A stretch of 64,000 nt of DNA from the human T2T-CHM13v2.0 reference genome, Homo sapiens, in the NCBI RefSeq assembly GCF_009914755.1, contig NC_060925.1; one strand, given 5' to 3'. The notes beneath the pieces are model-generated. The model searched no databases. It was not told the origin of the DNA and saw only the letters and a program-made list of their open reading frames with translations. The first letter of the stretch is position 1, and the number at the start of each line of letters is the position of its first letter. Shown one piece after another: positions 47,195 through 62,745 of the stretch. The position numbers and the translations under genes were made by a program.

Positions 47195-49216
47195 TTAGCT
47201 AAAGGCATAAGATTCACGGAGAATACAATGTGAATGATCATCCCCCATCCCCCACCCCCCCAATGGAGTTGTGACATGCTATGGCCCTATCCACTAGCTA
47301 TTAGCAATGAACTAATAGTATTATTTGAGAAAGAGCTTGGCCATCACTATATTTGTAAAGTGACCATTTTAATGTCTACATCTCCAACTTATTCTAAGGA
47401 TCAAATTAGATAATATATGAAAAGTGCTCAGCACAGAGCCTGACACATTGAAAGCATCAGTAACTAGTAGCAATGATTATTTTTCAAGTCACCTAATCTA
47501 GGATCATGCCCACACAAGAACCATTGAGGTACTTGCTCTAAGAGCTTCATGAAAGAATTCTATGACTCAGAGAGTTCCTCAACCTTACCTATGAGCCTTA
47601 CTTGATTTCCCAGCCAACCCCAAATCTGGGTAGCCTCTTACTCTGTAAGTGCTACATGGAAAGGAGTGAATTTGGGGAGAATGAAGCCACTATGAGACAC
47701 TATTAGAAATTTCTATTAGAATGATAAGGAGCAAAGAGTTCCCCGCACTGTACCACCCATAACCTGCCCCCATGGATGCAGTGTTATACCACCTCATTTT
47801 TAGAATAAGGAACCATGAGGCCCTCACCCGTACTCTCCAGGCAGGGATTTGTGTATGTAATTAACAGAGATTAACAGCTGAATACAAAGGAAAATAATCC
47901 CTTACATTTTTATCATTGTACATGTTGTCCAGTGTGCTGCACAGTTGTTCAGTGGCCCTGCTCAACTGAGATTCCAGGAGAAAGTTAGCCCTAATGCCCT
48001 AAGGCAAACACCTTCATACATACATACATGCATATACATAATACATAATGAATTAACTCTCTTCTGTGCATGGTACTATCTATGTACCACCTTTAAAAGA
48101 ATTGAGAAAATAATCACTTATATCATTTTCTGTGCTTCATGATTCAGAGGAGGAACCCATGAGGTAAAAGGCAGACATCATTACTCCCAATTTACAGAAG
48201 AGAAAACTGAGTTAAGAAAGGTGACTCACCCATGGTGACAAGACAAATAAGTGGCACAGGTAGGACTCAGTCTACAGACTCCAACTCAAGTACTCCCTTC
48301 TCGCCAAGAGGTGGGCCTAAGAAGCGTCTAAATTTAGCACCTGTATCTTTAATCACACAAGCAGGATCTCATCAACTCAGAGACTTTCAAAGAGGAAGGA
48401 ATTTAAAGTTCATCTACTGCAATACTCTCATTTTACAGATGAGAAAACTCATTTTAATAGATACCATTATAATGTCCACTTCTCCCTAATGAGGTTATTT
48501 CCACATTCCATTTAATAGTCCATATTAATATAACATTGCTAATGTAGACACAATGGATTCTGCTAAATAAAAAAGGCGAAGTGGTAACAGATGGATTCAC
48601 AAATCCTGTCTCTTCAGTGTCATATTTATGTTCAGTACCCTGGCTGGCCACAAACTAGCAGTGTGACCTGAAGAAAGTCACTTCAACCTTTCTGGGCTGA
48701 AGTTTTCTCATTTGTATAATGAGAAGATTGGATTAGAGAATTTGTCTTCCATTTAGGTCCCTTCCAACTCTGAAACTCTTATCTGTGAAAGTACTTTGCA
48801 AGGTCATCTACTCCAGCCACCACCTCCCCACTCAGAGATAGCATCTCTCTAAACTATTATTTGCTAAAACCAGTTTTAGTCCCAAATCATCCTGTGTGTC
48901 CATCATACTGCAGATGTCTTTGGTGAAAGCATTTATTTAAATTCTGATTAAAGCTCAAGCAAAGTTAGCTCCAGACAGACAAGCCCTTCAGACATGAAAG
49001 AGATGAGAGTTTCCCATTCTCCAGACCAAGCCCTGAAAAACCCCAGGAGATTTGACCCAGAAGGAGTGATGTCTACACTCACATATCTACACTTACATGA
49101 GCAGAACACTCTTTCTTAGACACCTAATATACGCTATTTGTTTTGTCCCACTGAACCCATGGCTAGAGTCCCAAAAGCAGCGGCAGTGGAATCTCCACAA
49201 AAGAAAGCCCCAAACT

Positions 49217-49615
49217 GTCCTGAGATGGAGTTCGTTTGGATTCCAAAGAAAGAAGCATTGAACACTAAGGTGATCAATCCAAAGCATTTATTAGGGGAAC
49301 TTACAGAAGACTACAGCAGTCCTGGCAATGAACAGTAAGAGAAAAGTGGTGTTCTACTTAGACATGTCTGCAGCAGGAGTTCAGGGTGTGGAGTTTACAT
49401 GAGTGTTTAAGGAATGTGGGTCAGGGTCTGGGTCAGGGTCAGGTTTTTTTCTAGTAAATCTAGATACCTTTATCAGTGCCTGGGAATATTCAAAACCCTG
49501 ATTTGGGTTCAAGCCTGCTGGGAAAATCCTGCAGCTGGTTGAGTCACAGAGCAATCAAGACACTCCATGATTTTTGGTAAAGACACAAAAAGCAAGGGCA
49601 AATGGGGACTCTACA
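49217..49615 (-). mobile_element. Solo LTR (LTR47-like)
   Basis: The minus strand reads TGTAGAGTCCCCATTTGCCCTTGC…CAGCAGGCTTGAACCCAAA…AATAAATGCTTTGGATTGATCACC…GGACA. Confidence 0.6.
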
Positions 49616-50908
49616 CTGTTCTAACCTGAGGCAGCCACCTGCTTCTGAGCCTCTCCATCTTCCAGAAAGGAAGCTGGGTGCAACGCATTCCCAGCAACTC
49701 AGTCTTACAGGGCCAAGTCTTTCCAATGACTGAAATTCCTCTAAAAGAGAAAGAATGTCCCAAGTGGTCATCAAAAACAAGCTCACAAAGGCAAGGTATG
49801 GAGTCAAATAGATACAGGAAGCTCTAAGAAGATGACTACAGCAAGTAGCAAGTTGAACAAAACACAATGGATATTTAGGAATGCTTTGTCACAACTGAGG
49901 TTTTTTGTTATAATTTTTATTTAAGGAAATATAAAAAATACAAAAATTTTTAGAATTTTTTAACTATATAAACCATTTTGTTATATGTGACTCTAAATGG
50001 TAAAAAGAAATAAAACAGAATAAAAGATGAAGTGCCTTTATAGGCCATCTTCTGCCTCTCTCATTCCCTCGAGACACCCCTGTGTATTCCCACACATACA
50101 CCCAAGCACACATGCACACACAGGCATCCATAGTCACAAGACCATTCTCATGAATTTAGGGTCTAATCTTTCCATTCATCTCACATTTCAGTTTTTCTAA
50201 ACATGTTTATATATCTAGATCAAGTCTATTTAGGGTAGTTTGAAATGCAAGGATAATGTGTAATAACTAATCACAATCTCATAATTTTTAATGATTTGTG
50301 ATGCCTCGTGAGAATTTTTGTACTTAGGTTGCCTTTTGCTTCTTCCAAGTATAGTAGTTTCCATTATATATATTTGAATATATATCTCTATATATCTGCA
50401 TACATATGATATGATATGCCTGCTTGTTCTATTAATGATAAGGCACTTGCCATCAGATGTCCACCCACAAATGCCTAGGTGCCATGGAAATTTGTTCCTG
50501 AACTACTCCTTTTGGCACCTCTTAGGATCCCTGTATCTGCTACTCGAGTCCAAATGGGCAAAACTCCCCAGCGTCTACTTATACTCATGGCTTGTCCAGC
50601 AGGAAAAGGTTATATTAATATTATGTGGGGTTTGAATCTGGTTTTAATTGAATATTAAATGTATATACCCTTGTTTGCCTTTCAATGTTTCCTTAAGATA
50701 AAAGAAGTAGTCCCATTTTATAGATAGGGCCACTGAGACAGTGAAAGTTTAATGTCATTATTGTCACAAGTAGATAAGGGTTGAGAGTCACCAGGTCCAA
50801 AATGTTAAAAAATACAGTCTGTTCTTGGTCTTAGTCACCAGATAGCCTCCTTTCAAAAGCAAGCAATCACACAGACAGGTGAAACACAGTCCCCAGAAGA
50901 CTCTTCAT

Positions 50909-51091
50909 GAACTACTTCCGAGTCTCTGAGAACTACTTCTGGCTTTCTGAGAACTACTTTCACTTCGGGTTTTCAGCTGGGGCGAGGGGGAGTCCCACAG
51001 GGGACCAAGAATGTGCGTAATGTTGGAAAGGGGAGTGGGAAATAAAGTTCCAGAAATGGGATACTTGACTTTGCAGTCATATGAGGTGAGT
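50909..51091. promoter_or_regulatory. Candidate inducible enhancer/promoter: 21-bp triple repeat with ETS, GAS, IRF, NF-kB and C/EBP-like motifs, then a + strand splice donor
   Basis: ACTTCCG at 50914, TTCTGAGAA at 50945, ACTTTCACTTC at 50956, GGGGAGTCCC at 50987, GTGCGTAAT at 51013 and GAG|GTGAGT at 51083-51091. Motif evidence only. Confidence 0.5.
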
Positions 51092-52363
51092 ACCATACAG
51101 CTGGTAGTCAGCAGCAGATTGCAGCCATAAATCTGAGAGGTGGGGCTTGATTTTCACAACCCTCCATGTAGACAAATCTTTCCAGCTCTCCCATCAGCAA
51201 CCTGTGGGAATAAGAAGGAGCCGGGAGTGCTCCAGAGGACCACCTCATACTTAAATGGAAGCAGTTCCACTCTACCAGAGGTTTCAGAGAAGTTTCGTTT
51301 GAGAAACCTTTAAATTAAAGTATGTGCCAACTTGATCCACTGGTAGTGATTGACTGAAGCAGTGTGTTGAAATACTGAGGTCATTTCCAGGCTCTAGAAG
51401 AAAATTCTGTGATCAATTACCAATATCTGCCATTGGTACTGAAGGGGAAATAGCATGATGCCATTTATGTGCAAATCCTGTATTAGAAGTAAATATCAAA
51501 ATAAAAATTTTATGTTCCTATTTGATGCCAGGTGGTTTCCTTATGACCAGGTGGTTTCTCTTCAAACTTTCATTCACATGCTCCCTAAAAGATTTTTGAA
51601 AATCTTTGTATCCTTCACTTTTTCAGTTGACATCTAAAATTCTCTATGATAAGTTCAGGGTCACAAAGGGTGTCAATTATGGAGTATTGTAAATATTAAT
51701 ATTCTACAATAGCCGTATTCCTTTTTAAGTATAGATAATAAATTTAAATATCATTTGATACCCACCATTATCCATTTTTAATATGAGCAATTTTTATTTT
51801 TTTCCAGCTATTTGGATATTTATTTAATCAACATTTACTGAGTAGGTTTATTTTCTTGGTGCTAGCAGCATAAGATATACAGGATGAGTCCTGTATATAT
51901 ATCAATTTTAAAAATATATGTCAATTTCAAAAACAGGCAAAACTATACTATTTTGCTTAGGGATAAATATGTAGGTGGTAAAATTATACATGAAAGCAAG
52001 AAAATGTCTATCATAAAAGTCAAGGTGATGATTACATCAAGGGAAGGTGAGGGAAATGTCACCTTCATCATCATGAAGAGAGGACACACACCTGGGGGAG
52101 TTGCAGGGTAGTACAGGCTTGGGCTAGGTATCTCATTCTTCTGCACATTCTTAGACTGCCTGAGCCTCTTTTTAACAGAAAAAAGTGATTGCATAGATAC
52201 GAACTGAAAACACAGAGGGTGTGCCAGAATAGGGGAATTTTTGCACTTGAAGGATGCAAATGATGTGCATTCTTTTTTTTTTTTAATGATTTTACCTTTG
52301 TTTATTGACTAAAGATTTGGTTCCTTTATGTCTTCTTAGATTTTCCCTATGTCATCCAAAATG

Positions 52364-52447
52364 TTATTTTTTTAATTTTAAGTTCCAGGATACATGTGCA
52401 GAACGTGCAGCTTTGTTACATAGATATACATGTGCCATGGTGGTTTG

Positions 52448-52452
<5 letters not shown>
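52364..52452 (-). mobile_element. Non-inverted 3' tip (about 90 bp) of an L1PA6/7-like inverted insertion
   Basis: A T-rich tail followed by TAAGTTCCAGGATACATGTGCAGAACGTGCAG…CCATGGTGGTTTGCTGCA. Confidence 0.9.
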
Positions 52453-55623
<3,171 letters not shown>

Positions 55624-55816
55624 GATGCAAAACTACTGGTTGTTGTAAATAGCATATAAAACACAGAGGAAGCAGAGTTAATGCTTTTATTCAGACTTCT
55701 AAGCAGCATAATGGTCCTTTGAAATGATAGCTTCACTCAGACAGCCCCTGAATCAGTAGAGCTTAGGAGGTGGTAAAAGAAAAATTGAGTCTTCCTCACC
55801 ACAAAGGACAATATCA

Positions 55817-55945
<129 letters not shown>

Positions 55946-56235
55946 AGGACAATGTCAATGTCTCCTTTCTATCCCAGGCAGAGATGGAACTATATGGTCA
56001 CTGTTTTCATGGTTTCAGAGGGAGAAATAAAAACCAACCTATTATTTTCATACTTCCTTTGCATAATGAACAAGCAGAAACACCTAGCCCAAAGGAGAAT
56101 GGGCATTCTTCTCAAGGTTTGGACGACATAATCTCCTACATCCTCTTAGCCCCAGCAGAGGGGGCAGGCATGCTCCCACAGGTTCACTTGCAGGGGGTGC
56201 CAAGTCCTTGCCCTGCTTTTTCAGCCTCTTTTCTT

Positions 56236-56330
56236 TTCTCTTTTTTTTTTTTTTTTATTATACTTTAAGTTCTGGATTACATGTGCAGAACGTGCAGGTT
56301 TGTTACATAGGTATACACGAGCCATGGTGG
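56236..56330 (-). mobile_element. Ultrashort L1PA7-like 3'-end insertion
   Basis: Poly-T plus about 75 bp of 3' UTR. 19-bp TSD TTTTTCAGCCTCTTTTCTT at 56217-56235 and 56331-56349, followed by AA. Confidence 0.93.
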
Positions 56331-56426
56331 TTTTTCAGCCTCTTTTCTTAAAGCCACTAAATCATGGGGCTTCTAAATAATACACTATGAAGAGATGGAC
56401 TCATCACCCACCAAAAATTGCCAATT

Positions 56427-56741
<315 letters not shown>

Positions 56742-57385
56742 TTACTGATGCAGGGGCTATCTCAGGTCAACTGGGTGGATGCCACATATAGGTAGAAGGC
56801 TCTCTTGCTGCCAAGGGTCTATTTCTAATGCACACAAGATGGTCAATAGCCAAGTTTATCAGATATGGACATGGTGCATATAGGATCAGTCCATTGGTAC
56901 TTATTTATTATTTATCTACTGTGCATCAAGCACCATGCTGGACACTGTGAGAGAGACCCAAAGCAGCAAAAGATTTGGGCCCTGCCTTGAAACCATTCAC
57001 AAACTGATTGGGCAAATGGGATTAACCAACAAGAGACAATTATTGAGCAATAGAGTTAAGATGTTCCAGTCACAGAAGGTTTTATAGGGGAAAGAAGATA
57101 TTTAGCCAAACCAGAAGGGTAAACAGTATATGGATGGACCTGAGAGATAAAAAGACATCCCTCACAAAGTCAGCCCTCTGGGCAGAGGCACTGAGGAAGA
57201 AGACACCATAATAGGGATCAAGGGCAGGGAGGGAGAGGAAGGGAATGGAACAGCCAAGACAGGGTGTGACTGGTAAGGACAGTTTATGTCAGGAGCATTG
57301 GACAATAAAGTCAGATTAAGGAAAGTCAGGCAGAGAAATGTGAAGCTTGACAAGGTAATGGAAAAGAGGTTATATCTTGTTTCTT

Positions 57386-58129
57386 ATTACATATATTTAA
57401 GGTGTACAACATAATGTTTTGATATACATATACATAGTGAAGTGATTACTAAAGTCAAGTAAATTAGCATATCCATAATCTCACCTAGTTACCTTTCATG
57501 TGTGTGTGTAGTAAGAGAACCTAAAATCTACACTCTGAGCAAATTTCCAGTATATGATACAATATTATTAACTACAGTTCTCATGCTGTACATTTGATCT
57601 CTAGACTTCTTCATCTGATATAACTGCATCTTTGTGCCCTTCAACCTATGTCACACTATTTTCTCCTTCCCCAACCCCTGGTAACCACCTTTCTACTTCT
57701 CTGTTTCTGTATATTTGATTTTTTTCTTTTTAGATTCCACATATAAATAGAATATACTGTATTTTTCTTTCTCTGTCTGGTTCATTTCACTTAGCATAAT
57801 GTCCTCTTGTGCATCTAGGTTGCCAAAAATGGCAGAATTTTCTTCTTATTTAAGGTTGAATAATATTCCATCGTATATATATGGAAAAAAACTCTTAAAT
57901 GTGTATGGAACCACAAAAGACCCTGAGTAGGCAAAACAATCTTGGGAAAGAAAAACAAAGTTGGAGGCATCCCACTTCCTGATTTCAAGTTAATCATAAA
58001 GCAAGAGTAATAAAAACAGTATGGTACTGGGCATAAAAACAGAAAACAAACCAATGGAACAGAATGCAAATCCCAGAATGAACTCAAGCATATATGTTCA
58101 ACTAATCTTTGACAAGGCCACTGAAAAGA
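57386..58129 (-). mobile_element. L1MA8/9-like element with a 5' inversion (antisense 3' end 57386 to about 57880; sense ORF2 piece from about 57881 to 58129)
   Basis: The antisense 3' UTR switches to sense TATGGAACCACAAAAGACCC…AACAAAGTTGGAGGCATC. Diverged TSD TATATCTTGTTTCTT/TATAATTGTTTCTT. Confidence 0.75.
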
Positions 58130-58474
58130 TATAATTGTTTCTTGAGTAAGAAAAGGACACGGAAAAGCAAAGTTCTGGAAAAATTATCTTGAAATAAGTG
58201 TTTTAATCTAGTTGAATATGAGTTTTATATATCTTAAAGCCTAATCTGGAGACAATTCTCAAAGAGGTAGGCCACAAACTCAATTTACAATGCTTACGAC
58301 AGTGCTGAATGCAGGGTGGTTGGTATTAATTCATTCATGCGTTAAGCAAACATTGAGCACCTACTATGTTTTAGGCACTGTGCTTGGGACTAGAAGAACA
58401 AACATAATGAATGAAATATTGTTCTTGTCCTTGAGTCTATAAGTGTCTCATCCTGACTCTACTATATTGAATTA

Positions 58475-58897
58475 CTGGTCACAATTCTTTACTTCCCTGA
58501 AGGAAAGTAAAGAATCCTTGCCATGATCTCATAGGACAGGATATATTCATGACTCCACCAACTTTAGCCTTAGCCATGTGACTTTCTCAGGACAATGCTA
58601 TGTTACTAAACATAACACAAGTAGCAGCTTGAAGTGTGCTTATGTGGTTGGACAAACCCTCTTGAGTTTCTGCCATTGCCATGAGAAGAGCTTCCCCCAG
58701 AGACCTCCTGCCCCTTCAGCCTGGACCCCAGAATGAATGTGTGTAGAGCTGAGCTGCCCAGCCAACCCACAGACCTGCAGCCTGAAGGAGAACCACTTCA
58801 ACTGACCAGCAGATATGCAAGAAATATGGGCTTATTGTTATATGCCATTAAGATTTAAGATTTTGTGTTTCTTATGCAGCAATAACTGACTGATATA
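58475..58897 (+). mobile_element. Old MLT1 (H/I-like) LTR
   Basis: TTAGCCATGTGACTT…CCCCTTCAGCCTGGACCCCAGAATGA…TATGCAGCAATAACTGACTGATATA. Confidence 0.72.
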
Positions 58898-59164
58898 CTT
58901 GCTGTCAAGGCCTTTCCTGCTCAAACCTGTCTACATTTCCAATATTCTCTTCCATTCTCCTCTAAACGTATCTTACAGTTGAAGCGAAGTGGACTGACTG
59001 CTCAGTGTGCCCTCAACCAAAACGTGCCTTTGCTTGATTCAAATATAAGTACCAACATCCTTTCTATCTCTGCCTATCAAAATCTTACCTGTCATTTTAA
59101 GTGCGATCTTATAAGTTATCTTCTCTCTAAAGCTTTTCCTAATCCTAACTGTATAGATACGGAG

Positions 59165-59768
59165 CACCGTGGATTCTCTCAGCCCTATCTCCTCACTCCC
59201 AGCCTTACCCACCCACCTTACTCTCAGGCCAGAATGACCTTAGTGGCAGCTCATGTTGTTTTAATAATCACAAATTGCAAGCCACCACTGCTGCCACCAC
59301 AAACCAAGAAGCACCAACAGACACCAACTGACCATCCCTGTGCACTGGACTGACTGGACCTATTGAGGCTCTGGCCTCCCCAGAAACCTCCTAGACGGCT
59401 AAGTAACACAACCCAAAACTGTGAAGAAGTCAGTGTTCATGAAGCAGACTCAGACTAATGAGAGACAGGAGAGAGGCAAAAGCCAGCAAACAAATTGTTC
59501 CCTCTTCCTTGTCTATGACAGAGAGATAACTGTCCCATGCATTCTCTCTGGAGACGGCCCATGTGACTGAGCAAACATCTGGATTTGTAGGAAGCTGTAA
59601 TCAGCTTGATGATGCACTGCCTTGCATTTTCTCTCCCTTCCTGCCTCACTTTTTTTTTTTTTTTTTTTTTGCCTCACTGTTGCTTCCTTGATGTTGCATT
59701 CCTAGTAAACTATTAGCATACAGAATTCTGCCTCAGGCTCTTTTCTCATGAGAATCCAGTTGAAACAC
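59165..59768 (+). mobile_element. ERVL-type LTR relic within an L2
   Basis: The 3' end CCTAGTAAACTATTAGCATACAG…GCCTCAGGCTCTTTTCTCATGAGAATCCAGTTGAAACA is typical of ERVL LTRs. Family uncertain. Confidence 0.5.
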
Positions 59769-61636
59769 TAGATAAATATGATCTCTTCTTCCTTTGACCC
59801 CAAATGGTACTTTTAACTCCTCTTATGGATGTTACTTATTTATACTGCTCTGTGTTAAAGCTATTCTGATGGGTTCACCCACACCAACTGCCATGTGCTT
59901 TATGCACAGTAGACACTCCATAAATGCTTTAATTAAATGAAATTGAGTCTGTCTCATTAGATTCAAGTCAATAAGTAAAAACAGTCATTCAAATGATCAA
60001 AATATATTTGGCCCGTTGGTCCCATGAAATATATTAGCACCAAAACTCTACTCCAATTTCTACTTTTCCCATAAACATCAACACAAACCAGCTTTTTGTT
60101 TCATCCTACCTCATTAAAAATAGAAATACAAATACTTGCAACAATTCTCTGGAGATGCAAAAAGGCAGAGAAAGCAGATGGCTAATTAAGGATCCGGGGT
60201 ACAGTCTACATTTCTAAAGTCTTATTAGAATAGCAGAGTTACCATCCCCTCACCACCATCATGACAACCTCCTTCTCTCACCCCTGTGTGAAGAGTTTAC
60301 TTCCAGGCCCTTCTAAACACATTATGTTCTCATAAATCCCAGTAGCATTACTGAATCTGCTTAGACTTACAATCTATCACTACAATGATAGCACTAGGGA
60401 AAATATTGCAAAATCCAATGCATTATTGATGTCCTCTGTAATGAATGGCCATTCAGTAATTACACTCTCTCCTGTTAAAAATGCAGGAACATATGTGTGG
60501 TAAGAATTAAAATGTTTCCTAAAAGCTATAGAAATTAATTGTAGTATTTTCTGATTTCAATGCATTGTGGCTGTAACATTGGGCATACTTACCCAAGGAT
60601 TCTTGTAAGCACCATTGCCTTAGCGTAAGTAGTGATTCCCTAAATGTTTTTACCCTCTCTGTGTAACCTCCTTCCCATCCCTTCACCACCAAATCCCTGC
60701 TTGTGGCCCATCCTCAGCAGAGGATACAGCCGGAGGCTTAGGCCATGACAAAACGAGTAATGGCCAGGTCAGGATCCCAAATGGGATAAAAATAGGGAAG
60801 GCTTCCAAAGTGTTGCATGTACGTCTGCAGGAAGGATTGTGAACAGAGCAATAGAACAACTAATGGACAACAGCCCATGTAACTATTAAAGCTGTCTATC
60901 TAGCTAAGAGTGGGCCACTCCAGAAGCCCATGATACCCTTGGCTATATTTTGACTATTCTAGCAGAAGCTGGATGACTGTTTATTGGAGGTAATAGGGTT
61001 ATAAACAGGATTCACGGGTAAGAAGATCTTTTCACCTATAAGATGTTCAAATTCTGTGTGGTCTTCGTAAGTATGGTTTGCCATTGTCTCTACCTCATTT
61101 CCTGAGGAGAGTCATACAGACCAATATAATTGGAATCCATGCATATTCTGAAAGCCTGTACCTATCTGGCCTTGAGGTGCTTGTGCATTAGATATATTTG
61201 CTAACATATTTGTATTTCTTATATTGTCTTGTTATGCTTATTATTGGAATGGGTCTGCATTTCCTAAATCCACACCAATTTAATTTGACAGGAGGAAATG
61301 CTGGAATATGCTGCTGGTAATGGGAAATGGTCTCTGGTTTGCAGATGGATAATCAAGTTGAAAGAAGGAAAGAAAACCTCTGCATCAGGACACAGAGCAA
61401 GATCTCTGATTCTCCCGGGGTGCTGTTTAATCCGTGGTCAGAATGCTTATATGTCTTCCTTTAACAATTACTTAAAACCAGTCAAGATCATTCTTGGCAC
61501 TTTTTTGGTTGCTTTTTCCAGCTTTGAAATAAAGTGCAATTTGCATTCCTTAAAAATCTAAGCAGTGAGGAAGAGTTAAGTGTCTTAAAATTAATGAGTT
61601 GCATTTAAACTTTTGTGTGAGCTCCAAGTCTGACAG

Positions 61637-61844
61637 ATTGGGCGGTCTTGGAAGTGAAATTGTTATTCAGAAAGGATGTGTCCTTGGTGGTCCCTAGTCG
61701 AGGAAAGTCAGTGGGAAGAAAGAAAATGAGGAAAACCAATTACCGCAATTTGTACACCAAGAAAGACTGCATGTGATGCGTGAGCAGAATTCCTGAGTAC
61801 AAATGAAAAAATGATGGCATTTAAGTGGTTTTGCCATCATTTTT
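61637..61844. promoter_or_regulatory. Candidate regulatory element (CCAAT/GC box, EICE, XRE core) next to a 13-bp perfect inverted repeat
   Basis: ATTGGGCGG at 61637-61645, GGAAGTGAAA at 61650-61659, TGCGTG at 61777, and AAAAATGATGGCA-N12-TGCCATCATTTTT at 61807-61844. Confidence 0.35.
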
Positions 61845-62049
61845 GCTCATAATTTTTCACAAGCATCAAAGGGCATAGGATGAGAACAAGTGAGGGCAAT
61901 AGGGTGCATGGTAACAGCCAGATATTTCCAGCCTCTGGTTTGGGTTACTCTGTCCTAGATAACAATGGTAGTGAAATGAGGCTTTTCAGATGATGGAAGA
62001 GAGAATATGAGATTTTGCTAATGATTGGTTAAACCAGGTGACTGCGTAC

Positions 62050-62745
62050 TCTCTTTCCACCCTAACTGGGTATACTACAATATAATTCAATTCTGAGACT
62101 AATCACTCAGAGTTAGCATCAGACTCCACAGGTGTAAAGCCTCAGTCCTCCACAAGATTGCCCTTACTTCATACGGCAGCCACAAATTCTGGGAATCCCC
62201 AGGCCACTCACACTTCTGATGAGCTGGCCACAAATTCAAGGCTTCCCATGATCTTTTCACATTTGATAATTTGCTAGAATGACTCACAGAACTCAGGAAA
62301 GTGCTATGCTTATCATTACAGTTTTATTACAAAGGATTCAGATAGGGTAAGGTCTGGGGAAGAGTGCAGGAATTCCATGTCCTCTTCCTGTGGAATCAGA
62401 GCACATCACCCTTGGCCCATCAATGCATTCATCAACCAGGAAGCTTCATAGCATTAGTGGCCATAGTTTTCACTGGGGTTTGATTACAAAGGTATGATTG
62501 ACTAAATCATTGGCCACATGATTGAACTCAATCTTCAGCCCCTTCTCTTCCTCAGAGTCAAGCTGTTCCAAAGCTCCAACCCCCTAACCACATGCTGGGT
62601 TTTTCTGGTGACTAGTCTCCACCTTGAAGCTATCTAGCACAGAAAGGATATGCCTATCACTCAGGAAATTCTGAAGGTTTCTGAATCTCTGTGCCAAGAA
62701 CTAGGGACAAGAGACAAGGCCAGATAAAATTTTTATTATGTCATA
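62050..62745 (-). mobile_element. MER21-like LTR
   Basis: AATTCAATTCTGAGACTA…GAGTTAGCATCAGACTCCACAGG…GATAATTTGCTAGAATGACTCACAGAACTCAGGAAAG. Confidence 0.8.

Noticed and set aside
49360-49369. Perfect p53 half-site AGACATGTCT
   Set aside because: There is no adjacent second half-site.
61273-61561. Possible + strand coding exon or ORF (MLEYAAGNGK…)
   Set aside because: No recognisable homology, mediocre splice sites, and no companion coding exons.
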